A stretch of DNA of 64,000 nt from Candidatus Latescibacterota bacterium (GCA_965261395.1 OZ253462.1:3360001-3424000), one strand, 5' to 3'. Numbered from the stretch's first letter, positions 1 to 10,171 are shown. The notes: a model not told the origin generated them from the sequence alone. Numbers and translations: made by a program.

Positions 1-834
1 TATTATCGGGTCGTTACCGAAGAGGGCGAGCAGGTGCCCGTAGATGACGACGGGCGCATACTCAACGAGCTGACCTATCTCGGCCTGCCACTTGAGGAGC
101 AGGGCGACATCCTCTACTTCGCCCAGCGGGGCCGCGACGCGGACGGCAACCCCATTGTCGAAGCCGTAGAGGAATTCGCATACCGGAGCTTGGCAGATTC
201 GCTCCAAGGCGAGATTCGCTACTTTCGCCGGCTGGTGGGCAAGGGCGGCGAATTTCCCTTTGACCGGCAGGGGAACTCATTGACCCAAGCCGCGTACAAC
301 GCCCTGCCCCAAAGCCAGCAAGGGTCCATCGCCGCAGCCGGCGAGTTGGTGAGGGTGCGCTTTCACGCTTCGGTGTTGCTCAACGGCACCACTGTAGATG
401 CCGCAATCCGCGATTCGGCTTTTCCCGATACCTATCAGCAAGTCGATCCCGGAGACGCCACTACCCTGACGCCTAGTACGGCCCTGAGCATCTCCGTGCC
501 CTTGTCCGACCGCGTCGTGCAAGGCTTCGCCATCGCGCCCAACCCTTTTACCCCCAATGGCGACGGCACCAACGATCAAACCCACATACGCTTTGCGCTC
601 GGCAACCTCAATGCCGAGCGCACCATCCAAGTGCGAATCTTCGACTTGGCCGGACATCTCGTGTGGAGCGGGCGTCGACAGAGCTTTGGGGAGCAGGTAT
701 TCACTTGGGACGGACGCGGCGACGACGGTCAACTCGTGCCGCCGGGGGCGTATCTCTGCAAGATAGACGCCGACGTAGATGCAGCCTCTGCGTCCCACAC
801 CAGTGAGACGCGTCTGATCGGGGTGGCGTACTGA
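1..834 (+). CDS. Secreted/surface protein with C-terminal FlgD Ig-like domain (5' partial)
   Basis: Frame open from base 1; C-terminal PNPFTPNGDG...IFDLAG...WDGR....VPPGAY motif typical of FlgD_ig. Confidence 0.8.
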   Translation, partial: YYRVVTEEGEQVPVDDDGRILNELTYLGLPLEEQGDILYFAQRGRDADGNPIVEAVEEFAYRSLADSLQGEIRYFRRLVGKGGEFPFDRQGNSLTQAAYNALPQSQQGSIAAAGELVRVRFHASVLLNGTTVDAAIRDSAFPDTYQQVDPGDATTLTPSTALSISVPLSDRVVQGFAIAPNPFTPNGDGTNDQTHIRFALGNLNAERTIQVRIFDLAGHLVWSGRRQSFGEQVFTWDGRGDDGQLVPPGAYLCKIDADVDAASASHTSETRLIGVAY

Positions 835-896
835 CATCACCCATCCCGCCAATATGCTATCTCCATGCAGCCGCCCCCTGACCTTTACCCCATCCC

Positions 897-2849
897 TTGA
901 CCGCGACTTCACCTACCGCACAGCGGCCCGGCCTCCGCGCCCTCCTCGTCGGCGCGGCCGGTGCTTGGGCCATTGGTGCCGGCGTCCCGTATTGCAACAT
1001 GGTGCTTCACGGCTCCCGGATCGCCTCGTACTTCAACACGCCCGCTGCGATCATTCTCTTCTTCTTACTCGTCTTTGTCGTCAACACCCTGCTGGGCCTA
1101 GTGCGCCGCTCTTGGATGCTGAACCGCGCCGAGTTGGCCCTGATCTACATCATGTGGATCGTCGCCACCTCCATCCCCGAGTGGGGGCTTACCGCCTTCC
1201 TGCTGCCCGATATTACCAGCGTCATCTACTACGCCACCCCCGAAAACAACTGGGCCGAGCTGCTCCACCCGCTGGTCCCCGATTGGCTCATCCCACACCA
1301 CGACTTCGACCAAATCAAGAATTTCTACGAGGGCGCCCCCCAAGGCGGGGGCATCCCCTGGGGCTTGTGGCTGCCCCCGCTATTTTTTTGGCTGCCCTTC
1401 GTCCTCGCGCTCTACTTGGCGATGATTTCCCTCATGGTCGTGTTGCGCAAGCAGTGGATCGAAAACGAACGCTTGATTTTTCCGCTGGTCCAGCTACCCA
1501 TTGCCATGCTCCAAGACGACGATGCCCGCCCGGGTGTGCTCAACGCCTTTTTCAAGAATCCGCTGATGTGGATCGGATTCGCCATACCCGCTATCGTCCA
1601 GAGTGCCAACGGACTGAACCACTACTTCCCCTACTTCCCCCGCGTCAGCCTCGATCATGAGATCCCGCTCTTCCGCGACAGCATCCACATCCCGCTCCGC
1701 CTGAGCTTTCAGATGCTTGGCTTTTCCTACTTCGTCAACCGCGACATCGCCTTTGGACTGTGCTTCTTCTACCTGCTCAACACCGTCCAACAGGGCATTT
1801 TCAACATCTTCGGGGTCCAGAAAATCGACCCGGTACTCGGCGCGTATAGCACGTACACCGGCTCTATCATCGTCCACCAAGGGTTTGGCGCGATCATCGC
1901 CTTGGTGCTCTTCGGCCTGTGGACGGCCCGCCGCCACCTGCGCGATGTGGCGCGCAAGGCCATTTTCGGTGCGCCGGACATCGACGACTCTGGAGAGATT
2001 CTCTCCTACCGCGCGGCCCTGCTAGTGCTAGCCGGTAGCCTCGCCTTTATGAGCGTGTGGCTGTGGCAGTCGGGCCTGCCCGCCTGGGTCACCCCCATCT
2101 ATCTCTTCTTCGCCTTTGTCCTCTTCGTCGGCATCACCCGCGTAGTTGCCGAGGGAGGACTCGCCTTTATCTTCGCGCCCATGATCGCCTCAGATTTTGT
2201 CGCGGCCGGCTTTGGCACCCGCACCATCGGCGCGTCTGGCGTCACCGCCCTCGCCTTTACGTACGTGTGGGCCAGCGACATCCTCACCTTTGTCATGGCC
2301 TCCTGCGCCAACGGCCTCAAGCTGGCCGAGGAAACCATAAAAAAGGGACGCCGCCTCATCTTCTGGGGCATCCTCCTCGCCATTTTCGTCACCCTCGGCA
2401 GCTCGATCTGGGCCATCCTCGACTTGGGCTATCGCTACGGTGGGATCAATACGGACTCGTTCTTCTTCGGCAGCGCGGCGCGCTACCCCTTTGACAACGC
2501 GGCCGCCCGCCTGCAAGCCCTCGATGGGCCGCACTGGGAAAACTGGGCCTATACCGCCCTCGGCGCAGGGGTCATGGGGCTTTTGCTCGCGGCCCGCCAA
2601 CACCTGTTCTGGTGGCCTTTCCATCCCTTGGGCTTTCCCATCAGCGCGGTCTTCGGCACCATGTTTTTCAGCGTCTTTCTCGCTTGGCTTTGCAAGACCC
2701 TCGTCCTCCGCTACGGCGGCCCAGCGCTCTACCTGAGAACCCGGCCCCTCTTCATGGGTCTAATCCTCGGCCAGTTCGTCACTGCCGGTCTCTGGTACGC
2801 CATCGACTACTTGGCTGGCGAGAGCGGCAACGCGGTGATGATCTGGTAG
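897..2849 (+). CDS. DUF6785/DUF6784-type polytopic membrane protein (putative transporter)
   Basis: 650 aa, many TM segments; motifs ATPENNW, RKQWIENERLIFP, CANGLKL, WWPFHPLG, LRYGG shared with paralogs at 57558 and 62141. Confidence 0.75.
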   Translation: MTATSPTAQRPGLRALLVGAAGAWAIGAGVPYCNMVLHGSRIASYFNTPAAIILFFLLVFVVNTLLGLVRRSWMLNRAELALIYIMWIVATSIPEWGLTAFLLPDITSVIYYATPENNWAELLHPLVPDWLIPHHDFDQIKNFYEGAPQGGGIPWGLWLPPLFFWLPFVLALYLAMISLMVVLRKQWIENERLIFPLVQLPIAMLQDDDARPGVLNAFFKNPLMWIGFAIPAIVQSANGLNHYFPYFPRVSLDHEIPLFRDSIHIPLRLSFQMLGFSYFVNRDIAFGLCFFYLLNTVQQGIFNIFGVQKIDPVLGAYSTYTGSIIVHQGFGAIIALVLFGLWTARRHLRDVARKAIFGAPDIDDSGEILSYRAALLVLAGSLAFMSVWLWQSGLPAWVTPIYLFFAFVLFVGITRVVAEGGLAFIFAPMIASDFVAAGFGTRTIGASGVTALAFTYVWASDILTFVMASCANGLKLAEETIKKGRRLIFWGILLAIFVTLGSSIWAILDLGYRYGGINTDSFFFGSAARYPFDNAAARLQALDGPHWENWAYTALGAGVMGLLLAARQHLFWWPFHPLGFPISAVFGTMFFSVFLAWLCKTLVLRYGGPALYLRTRPLFMGLILGQFVTAGLWYAIDYLAGESGNAVMIW

Positions 2850-2903
2850 GGCGGCACTTTCTGGCGGCAGTTAACGCCGTGCTCTAACTTCAACTAAGGC
2901 ATC

Positions 2904-5900
2904 ATGGCCAACCCACATCTCCAACCCATCCTCGCGCCGCTAACCGCCCTGCGCCGCCGCGCCCTCGTCCTCGCTCTCGGTTCTGGAGCAGCTCTGTGCC
3001 TCGCCGCTGGGCTGGGCCTTGCCCTGCTGTGGGTGCTACTCGAAGCCCTTTTCTTTCTCTCGCCACCTTGGCGCACGGGCTTGGGCATCTTGGCACTTTT
3101 GGCTACCGGGGGGGCGCTGGCGTTTGCCCTGCGGCGGCACTTGCCCGTTCTCCTCTCGCAGCACCGCTTCGCCCTCTTCGTCGAAAGGCGCTGTCCCCCG
3201 CTCCAGCAGCGGCTTATTAGCGCGCTAGAGCTATCCGACGCCGACCCAACCCTTCACTCGCCCGCGCTGCTTGCGGCGGCGGGCGAGCGGGCTGCCGCGC
3301 TCTTGCGCGCCGCCGACCCGTCCCAAGTCCTCGACCGCGGCCCACTGCGCACCTACCTGCGCCTGCTCGGCGGTACAGTCGCCTTAGTCCTCCTCTGCGG
3401 CGCACTGTTTGGCGACGAGCTCGCCCAAGCCGCCCAGCGCTGCGCCCATCCCTTCACCACATACGAGCGCCCTCCGCGCACTCTGATCACCGTCCAGCCC
3501 GGTGACCTCGAAATCGTCAAGGGCGAAGACGCCACCCTGCAAGTGCATTTTGCCGGGCACAAGCCGCGCCGCGCCCGCATCGTGCGCCGCCCGAGCACAG
3601 CAGCACCCTACCAGATCGAAGAACTCGTGGTCGATCGCGCCGACTCGGTCACTTATACCTTTCCCCAGATCCAGCGGTCCTTCCGCTACGCCATCGCGGC
3701 TGGCGACGATCGCTCTCCCGAATACGAGGTGCGCGTCATCGACCCTCCGGCCGTCAAGCACTTGCGCCTGCACTACCAGTACCCTGCTTACAGTCAGCTA
3801 CCCGACCGCATCGAAGAGGAAGGCGGCGACATCCAGGGCCTGCCCGGCACCCGCGTCGCCTTGGAAATCGCGGCCAGCAAGCCCCTGTCCAAGGCCACCT
3901 TGGTCCTCGACGACACCTTGTCGCTATCCGCCCAACTCGACGGCGCGACTGCCCGCGTCGCCTTCCAAATCGAACGCCCGGGTGCGTACCACATCGCCCT
4001 TGTCGATCGCAAGGGCGCGCAAAACAGCGACCCCATCCGCTACGCCATCCAAGTGCGCGAAGACCACAAGCCAGAAGTCGCCATCGTTGATCCCGGCCGC
4101 GATAGCGACCTGCCCGAGTCCCTCAAGGTGCTGCTCAAAGCCGAGGCCAGCGACGACTTTTCCGTCGAGGAAATCGCCTTGGTCTATCGAGTCAACAGCG
4201 GCCCCGAACAGCGCCGAGCTTTGCCCATCAGCCCCCAGCGCGAGGTGTTCCTCAGCCACATCTGGGACTTATCAAGCGCCAACCTCTTGCCCGAAGACCG
4301 CATCTACTACCATCTAGAGGCCCTCGACAACAACCAAGTATCCGGCCCGCAAAGGGGCCAGAGTCGCCAGTACGCGCTGCGCTTTCCCTCCCTGTACGAA
4401 CTCTACTCAGAGGCCGACCAAGCCCAGGGCGAACAACTGTCCTCCTTGGAGGAAATCGCGACCCAGGGACAGGCTCATCAGGAGTACATCGAGCGGGTGC
4501 GCCGCGAGTTGCTCAAAAGCGAGGAACTGAGCTGGGAGCAAAAGAAGGAACTCGAAGCGACGCTTACAGCCGAGGCCGAGCGCGCCCGCGCCGTAGAGGA
4601 GCTCGCGGCCGAATTGGAGAAAACCATCGATTCTATGAAAGCCGAGGGCACGGGCAGCGAAGAACTGCTCGACAAGCTCGACCACATCCGCGAACTCATG
4701 GGCGACATCGCTACCCCCGAGATCCAGCAGGCCCTCGCCGACCTCCAAAAAGCCGCCAGCGATCCAGACCCCCAAGCCCTCGCCGACGCCCTCAAGCGCT
4801 TTAACGAAGACCAGCAAGCCTTCCAGCAACGGCTCGACCGCACCATTGCCCTGCTCGAACAGGTGCGGACCGAGCAGCAGCTTCGCGCCATCGTCGAGCA
4901 AGCCGCGGAACTAGCCCGCCGCCAAAGCCAGATCAACCGCGAGCTCGCGGACGGACAGAGTGGCCTGCGCCAGCAGCTACAGGAAGCCAGTTTGCAGCGC
5001 GACACCGAGCGGCTCGCCGAGCAACTCCAAGAGCTGAGCGCATCCACAGCCGAGCAAAATCCCGCGCTCGCCGAACAGCTAGCGCACCGCGCCGAGGACC
5101 TAGAGAGCAAGACACTCTCCGAGCGGATGCGCCAGATGGTGCGCCAGATGCGGGCCAAATCCCAGGGCGCGGCCCAGCAGACCGGGCAGGCTCTGGCCGC
5201 AGACCTCGACTCGCTAGCCGAGGACTTGCAGCAGCTACAAGACGAGTACCTCGCCGCAGAAAAGGACCAACTCAGCCGCGAGCTGCGCCGCGCTATGCGC
5301 GACCTCGTCCAGCTATCCCAACGCCAAGAGAGCCTGTTTGCCGACGCCCGCGCCCAAGACCAATTCGCGCTCCTGCAAGGCACCAGTCAGGTTGTGGAGC
5401 GCATCGCCGCCGTGGGCCAGCGCACCTTGGCCCTCGCCCCCGATTTGAGCGCAACCATCGGCTACGCCCTGCGCCACATGCACGACGCGGCTCAGCGCCT
5501 TGGCCAGCGCGACGCGCAGGGCGCGCTCAATCCCCAGAGGAAGGCCATGCGCTACCTCAACGAGACCGTCCTGCTCCTGCGCGAGAGCCTCGACAACCTC
5601 GCCAAAGCGCAGACCCCTTCGGCCTTTGCCGAGGCCATGCAGCAGCTACTCGGCCTCTCCGAGCAGCAGAGTCAACTCAACCAAGCCTCCGAGCAGGCCA
5701 TGGGCCAGATGCCAGGCGCTGGACTCCAGCAACAAATCGCGCGCCTCAGCGCCCAACAGCAGGGCCTCATGCAAGCACTCGACGAGATCAGCCGCTCGCT
5801 GCGCGGGCATCGAGGGGCGCAACAGCGGGTGCAAGCCATACAGGAAGAGATGCGAGACGTGCTCGCCGACTTACAGCGCGGGCGACTCAACCAGCGCACG

Positions 5901-6176
5901 CAGCGAAATCAGGAGCGCATCTACCAGCGCATGCTCGACGCCAGCCGCTCTATCCACAGCCGTGGCTTTGATGAAAAGCGGCGCAGTATCACGGCCACTG
6001 ACCAACCCTACGCCGGCCCAACCGCCCTGCCCGCAGATCGCGAGCAGACGCCCGACCTGTGGCGCGAAGCCCTGCGCCAAGCGCTCGCCGGCCCCTATCC
6101 CGAGGAGTACCGTACCTTGCTCCGGCGCTACTACGACCAAATCTACCAAGACCTGCAAGAGCGCGAAGTCCCATGA
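2904..6176 (+). CDS. DUF4175-like membrane-anchored protein with Ig-like region and long Gln-rich coiled coil
   Basis: N-terminal TMs, LISALEL, YPAYS..P and ASDDF motifs, C-terminal PEEYR.LLRRYY. Confidence 0.7.
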   Translation: MANPHLQPILAPLTALRRRALVLALGSGAALCLAAGLGLALLWVLLEALFFLSPPWRTGLGILALLATGGALAFALRRHLPVLLSQHRFALFVERRCPPLQQRLISALELSDADPTLHSPALLAAAGERAAALLRAADPSQVLDRGPLRTYLRLLGGTVALVLLCGALFGDELAQAAQRCAHPFTTYERPPRTLITVQPGDLEIVKGEDATLQVHFAGHKPRRARIVRRPSTAAPYQIEELVVDRADSVTYTFPQIQRSFRYAIAAGDDRSPEYEVRVIDPPAVKHLRLHYQYPAYSQLPDRIEEEGGDIQGLPGTRVALEIAASKPLSKATLVLDDTLSLSAQLDGATARVAFQIERPGAYHIALVDRKGAQNSDPIRYAIQVREDHKPEVAIVDPGRDSDLPESLKVLLKAEASDDFSVEEIALVYRVNSGPEQRRALPISPQREVFLSHIWDLSSANLLPEDRIYYHLEALDNNQVSGPQRGQSRQYALRFPSLYELYSEADQAQGEQLSSLEEIATQGQAHQEYIERVRRELLKSEELSWEQKKELEATLTAEAERARAVEELAAELEKTIDSMKAEGTGSEELLDKLDHIRELMGDIATPEIQQALADLQKAASDPDPQALADALKRFNEDQQAFQQRLDRTIALLEQVRTEQQLRAIVEQAAELARRQSQINRELADGQSGLRQQLQEASLQRDTERLAEQLQELSASTAEQNPALAEQLAHRAEDLESKTLSERMRQMVRQMRAKSQGAAQQTGQALAADLDSLAEDLQQLQDEYLAAEKDQLSRELRRAMRDLVQLSQRQESLFADARAQDQFALLQGTSQVVERIAAVGQRTLALAPDLSATIGYALRHMHDAAQRLGQRDAQGALNPQRKAMRYLNETVLLLRESLDNLAKAQTPSAFAEAMQQLLGLSEQQSQLNQASEQAMGQMPGAGLQQQIARLSAQQQGLMQALDEISRSLRGHRGAQQRVQAIQEEMRDVLADLQRGRLNQRTQRNQERIYQRMLDASRSIHSRGFDEKRRSITATDQPYAGPTALPADREQTPDLWREALRQALAGPYPEEYRTLLRRYYDQIYQDLQEREVP

Positions 6177-6994
6177 AAATACCCGCCCTCATCTATGCCC
6201 TCGGCCTGTGCAGCGCGGCCGCCGCAGCCGACGACCTACAATCGCAGGTCGAGCAAGCGCACCTGTTGCTAGAGCACGACGCACAGGGAGCTTGCACCGC
6301 CCTGCAAGCGGTAGTCGAAGCGCCGCAACGCGGGCCGTGGACCGAGCCGGCCCTGATGCTGATTGCCGAGTGCAGCTTGCGCCTCGGCGACCTGGACCGC
6401 GCCGATCGCTTTTGGGCGGACTTGACAAAGCGCGGCGGCCCGGCTGCGTACGCGGCCCGCTATCACCGCGCCGAGTTGCTCTACTTCCGCGGCGACTTTG
6501 CCGCAGCTACAGCCGCCTTGGCCGCGCTGGGTGCTGCCGACCCGGGCCATGCCTTTGCCAACGATGTCCTCGCCCTACTCGCCGTCTGCGAAGAGTACGC
6601 AGCGTCCGATGGCCTCGCCGATCTCAGCCGCGCCCAGCTCTTAGAGCGACAAGGACAGAGCGAATCGGCCGAGGCGCATTGGGCTGCCCTCGAAGATCGC
6701 GCCGAGCCAGATCTCGTCGAGTGGAGCCTGCGCATCCGCGCCGAATTGCGCGCGAGCCAAGGTCGTTCTGACGAAGCCATAGCCCTGTACCAGCGCCAAA
6801 TCACCCACTTCCCCCAAGGCGAGCACGTCGTCGCGGCCTATCTCGGCCTAGCCGCGCTCTACGAGCACCAAGGCGCGATGGAGCAGGCCCTCAAGACCTG
6901 CGAAACCGCGCTTCTCCAACACCCGCACGACGCCCGCGCCCCAGAGGCGCGCCTGCGCATCGAGCGGCTCCGCCACCTGCGCGAAAGCGGCTGA
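6173..6994 (+). CDS. Tetratricopeptide-repeat protein with signal peptide
   Basis: ATGA overlap with upstream stop; MKIPALIYALGLC signal-like start; helical TPR pattern. Confidence 0.75.
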   Translation: MKIPALIYALGLCSAAAAADDLQSQVEQAHLLLEHDAQGACTALQAVVEAPQRGPWTEPALMLIAECSLRLGDLDRADRFWADLTKRGGPAAYAARYHRAELLYFRGDFAAATAALAALGAADPGHAFANDVLALLAVCEEYAASDGLADLSRAQLLERQGQSESAEAHWAALEDRAEPDLVEWSLRIRAELRASQGRSDEAIALYQRQITHFPQGEHVVAAYLGLAALYEHQGAMEQALKTCETALLQHPHDARAPEARLRIERLRHLRESG

Positions 6995-6998
6995 CCCC

Positions 6999-8258
6999 AT
7001 GCCCATCCTCTTTGCCCTAGCCCTTTGCACCCTCGCCTTCCTCCCGGCCCATGCCGAGCGGATCCTCGTGCCCATGGACACCTCCCAGCGCGACCATCTG
7101 CGGGCCTACGGCCTCGCTTTCTGGACCTTGGAGCGCGGCATTCCAGTCGAGTGGCTGCTCAATTATCGCGGCGGCGCATTCCTCGTCGAAGCACACGCCC
7201 TCATCGCCAGCGAAGCCATCCTGCGCGGCGTCAGCACCGAGCACATCTCCGAGGCCCAAGCTGCCCAGATCTACGCGGAGATCGACGCATCCAACATGGA
7301 AGTCGTGCGCTTGGAAAAGGTGCCGAAGATCGCCGTGTACACGCCGCCCAACAAACAGCCCTGGGACGATGCGGTGACCCTCGCGCTGGAATACGCCCAA
7401 ATCGACTACGAAAAAATCTGGGACGACGAAGTACTCCAAGGCGCACTCGACGACTACGATTGGCTGCACTTGCACCACGAGGATTTCACCGGCCAGTACG
7501 GCAAGTTCTATGGCTCCTACAGCAATCAGGCTTGGTACCGCGAACAGCAGGCCGAGTACGAGCAGATGGCCCACCGCCTCGGCTACGCCAAGGTCTCCGA
7601 GCAAAAGAAGGCCGTAGTCGTCAAGATCTACGAGTACCTAGCCGCGGGCGGCTTCCTCTTCGCCATGTGCTCGGCCACCGACACCTTTGACATAGCCTTA
7701 GCCGCCCTCGACGTAGATATATGCCACGCGGTCTTCGACGGCGACGGAGCTGACCCCAACGCCCAGGCCAAGCTCGACTTCAGCCGCACCATGGCCTTTG
7801 AGAATTTCGCGCTCGAAACCAACCCGCTGGTGTACGAATTCTCAAACATCGACACCACGCCGGACGACATGCGCCGGGTCCGCACGGCCGAGGCCGAGTA
7901 TTTCACGCTGTTTGAATTCTCCGCCAAATACGACCCAGTGCCGACGATGCTCACCCAGTGCCACACCAATATCGTCGATGGCTTCCTCGGCCAGACCACG
8001 GCCTTCCGCCAAGCGCTGATCAAAGACTCAGTCATCCTCCTCGGCCAAGAAGAGGGCACCGACAGTGTCAAGTACATCCACGGCCGCGTCGGCAAGGGCA
8101 CCTTCACCTTCTATGCCGGTCACGACCCAGAAGACCACAGGCACCACGTCTATGACCCGCCGACCAGTCTCGTCCTGCATCCCAATTCGCCCGGCTATCG
8201 GCTAATTCTGAACAACGTGCTTTTCCCAGCGGCCAAGAAAAAGGAGCGCAAGACCTGA
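6999..8258 (+). CDS. Conserved secreted protein (FCB-group family often labelled 'asparagine synthetase B'; GATase-like fold)
   Basis: Signal peptide; HLRAYG, WLLNYRGG, WLHLHHEDFTGQYGKF, FAMCSATD, GHDPED, SPGYRLILNNVLFPAA motifs. Confidence 0.7.
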   Translation: MPILFALALCTLAFLPAHAERILVPMDTSQRDHLRAYGLAFWTLERGIPVEWLLNYRGGAFLVEAHALIASEAILRGVSTEHISEAQAAQIYAEIDASNMEVVRLEKVPKIAVYTPPNKQPWDDAVTLALEYAQIDYEKIWDDEVLQGALDDYDWLHLHHEDFTGQYGKFYGSYSNQAWYREQQAEYEQMAHRLGYAKVSEQKKAVVVKIYEYLAAGGFLFAMCSATDTFDIALAALDVDICHAVFDGDGADPNAQAKLDFSRTMAFENFALETNPLVYEFSNIDTTPDDMRRVRTAEAEYFTLFEFSAKYDPVPTMLTQCHTNIVDGFLGQTTAFRQALIKDSVILLGQEEGTDSVKYIHGRVGKGTFTFYAGHDPEDHRHHVYDPPTSLVLHPNSPGYRLILNNVLFPAAKKKERKT

Positions 8259-8259
8259 G
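8223..8259 (+). repeat. 37-bp direct repeat copy 1 (3' end of the 6999..8258 gene)
   Basis: ttcccagcggccaagaaaaaggagcgcaagacctgag; 1 mismatch to 8900..8936. Confidence 0.95.
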
Positions 8260-8326
8260 TATTTGAAGAACCATATTTTGACGGGAAAAAGGGAACTGCT
8301 GTGAAACCGCTTTCTCAAAGGAGGAA

Positions 8327-8575
8327 TTGACTATGCCCATGATAGCTGTGCCTGCCCATTTTGATGGGAAGCGCATTTGCTTGGATGAACCATTTGAACT
8401 AGAGCCGAATGCGAAACTGATTGTCACCATTCTATCAGGACGAGAATCTGACAGTGAGCATACAGCTTGGTCGCGTTTATCCGGTCAAAGACTAAAAGAC
8501 GCCTACGGCGAGACCGAACCTGAGTATTCAGCGGATTTACTCAGAGAGGTGAATCCCGACTATGAAGGAAGGTGA
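8327..8575 (+). CDS. Putative antitoxin (partner of PemK/MazF toxin)
   Basis: About 80 aa, AAGGAGG RBS, AHFDG..I.LDEP motif, acidic EPEYS C-terminus, overlaps toxin start. Confidence 0.65.
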   Translation: MTMPMIAVPAHFDGKRICLDEPFELEPNAKLIVTILSGRESDSEHTAWSRLSGQRLKDAYGETEPEYSADLLREVNPDYEGR

Positions 8576-8898
8576 CGTCGTTATTACACCAGTACTTCAG
8601 GCCGATGGGGAACTAAAGGACAGACCTGCCATTTTCCTGCGGGAAATGCCGCTCTATCGCGATCTGCTCGTTTGCGGTGTAAGCACACAGTCAGTACGTC
8701 CAGTACGTCGAGAACTTTGACGAAATTATTTCTCCTGCTGACGCGGATTTCAAGTCGAGTGGTCTGCGCTCAAAATCTCTGATTCGACTTGGCTTTCTCG
8801 CTGTATTACCGCGTCGTCGCGTACTTGGCTCTATTGGTTCCATTTCGGCGAAACGGCACAAGCATCTATTGAAAACGCTGAGTGATTACCTCACTTGA
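8562..8898 (+). pseudogene. PemK/MazF-family toxin, frameshifted
   Basis: MKEGDVVITPVLQADGELKDRPAIFL...CGVSTQ then frame change at tandem cagtacgtc repeat; continues QYVENFDEII...SGL..KSLIRLG...GSIS..RHKHLLKTLSDYLT*. Confidence 0.8.
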
Positions 8899-8899
8899 C

Positions 8900-8936
8900 T
8901 TCCCGGCGGCCAAGAAAAAGGAGCGCAAGACCTGAG
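8900..8936 (+). repeat. 37-bp direct repeat copy 2
   Basis: ttcccggcggccaagaaaaaggagcgcaagacctgag immediately before the HAD ATG. Confidence 0.95.
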
Positions 8937-9638
8937 ATGGTCGAGGCCCTGTTATTTGACCTCGGCGGCGTGGTGATCGAGATCGACTTCGACCGCGTCT
9001 TGCGGCGCTGGGAAACCATTTCGGCCTTCTCCTTCACCGAACTGAAATCCACCTTTCACTTCGACACAGCCTACCAGCGGCACGAGCGCGGCGAGATCGA
9101 CGGTGCCGAATATTTCGCCCATCTACGCGACTTCCTCAGACTCGACGGCAGCGACGACGAAATAGCGGCCGGCTGGAACGCCGTCTTTGTCGCGGAAATC
9201 CCCGCCGCGTTGGCGGCTATAAGCAAAGTACGCAAGCAATTCCCCTGCTACGCCTTCACCAACACCAATCCCACTCACCTAGCCGCTTGGAAGATCGGCT
9301 ATCCCGCAATTTTCCAGAGCTTCGACTACGCCTTCATCTCCTCCGACATCGGCCTACGCAAACCCGAACGACGCGCATTTGATGCCATCGCCGCCGACAT
9401 CGGCGTGGCACACGCAAACATCTTGTTCTTCGACGACACTCAAGAAAATATCGCCGGTGCCGATGCCGCCGGATTGCAGACGGTATATGTCCAATCGCCC
9501 GACGACATACACTATGCTCTGGCGAGTTTGAATGACCGTTGCAAAGATGGTATCTTGAAGGGAAGTAGTCTGCCATTATGGCTACAGGAGACAACTAAAA
9601 ATGAACGCCCTAAAGATGACAGCGAATCAGATTCATGA
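8937..9638 (+). CDS. HAD-family phosphatase (YihX-like)
   Basis: FDLGGV motif I, TNTN, RKPE, FFDD; C-terminal ~35 aa look like read-through into foreign DNA. Confidence 0.85.
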   Translation: MVEALLFDLGGVVIEIDFDRVLRRWETISAFSFTELKSTFHFDTAYQRHERGEIDGAEYFAHLRDFLRLDGSDDEIAAGWNAVFVAEIPAALAAISKVRKQFPCYAFTNTNPTHLAAWKIGYPAIFQSFDYAFISSDIGLRKPERRAFDAIAADIGVAHANILFFDDTQENIAGADAAGLQTVYVQSPDDIHYALASLNDRCKDGILKGSSLPLWLQETTKNERPKDDSESDS

Positions 9639-9828
9639 ACTCGGTATTGAGGCACTTTTGAATAAACTCGGCCCTGTTGGAACGATTCGTTTTCTCCATC
9701 AGTACGAAACGGGCAAGGGCAATTACTCCATTGATCGGCAGCAATGGCTTACCGTGCCAGATGTCGAGACGCTCTCAAACCAAATACAACGGGCACGCAA
9801 GGACGATTCTTCCAGCGAAAAGTCATAA
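9601..9828 (+). CDS. Small hypothetical protein, probable orphan antitoxin
   Basis: AGGAG RBS; GIEAL..KLGPVGTIRFL.QYETG.GNY...R..WL pattern recalled from small genes paired with PIN toxins. Confidence 0.55.
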   Translation: MNALKMTANQIHELGIEALLNKLGPVGTIRFLHQYETGKGNYSIDRQQWLTVPDVETLSNQIQRARKDDSSSEKS

Positions 9829-9870
9829 CCCCTGCATTGACTGTCCGGACGTTGGATAAACTCGGTTTAC

Positions 9871-10044
9871 CTACCTGCGCTTGAAGAAGAAGCGAATATT
9901 GGCGTCCTCGTCAAAAATCATCTGACCGCCCGCGGTGTTCGCAAAAGCCACTAAGGTTTTCAGCAGGTTTTTAGGTGAAGACACGTCCCGCTTAAATTCC
10001 AGCGTCTTACCTTCCTTGCGTCTGAGAAGATCGGCAACATTCAT
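9871..10044 (-). pseudogene. Truncated AlbA_2/Schlafen-domain gene fragment
   Basis: MNVADLLRRKEGKTLEFKRDVSSPKNLLKTLVAFANTAGG (LEFK and AFANT.GG motifs), ends after 57 aa. Confidence 0.75.
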
Positions 10045-10074
10045 CGCTTGAGAAGATCGGCAACATTCATCGCT
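10023..10074. repeat. Perfect 26-bp tandem duplication
   Basis: tgagaagatcggcaacattcatcgct x2, spanning the AlbA_2 start codon. Confidence 0.95.
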
Positions 10075-10171
10075 ATTATTCGCCTAATCGAAGTGGAGTA
10101 GGGGAAATTCGCTCGCCTTAATATACAGAAATAGGGCCTCTCAAGAAGAACCCGAGTACGCCTCACGGTCG

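Noticed and set aside
5500-6771. Long alternative-frame ORFs (e.g. 854..1660, 3502..4317, 4478..5383, 5500..6771, 14820..15656)
   Set aside because: Shadow ORFs overlapping well-supported genes; Arg/Pro/Ser-rich composition expected in high-GC DNA
8895-8936. N-terminal extension of the HAD ORF (TTG start)
   Set aside because: It is the duplicated gene-end repeat; ATG 8937 precedes motif I
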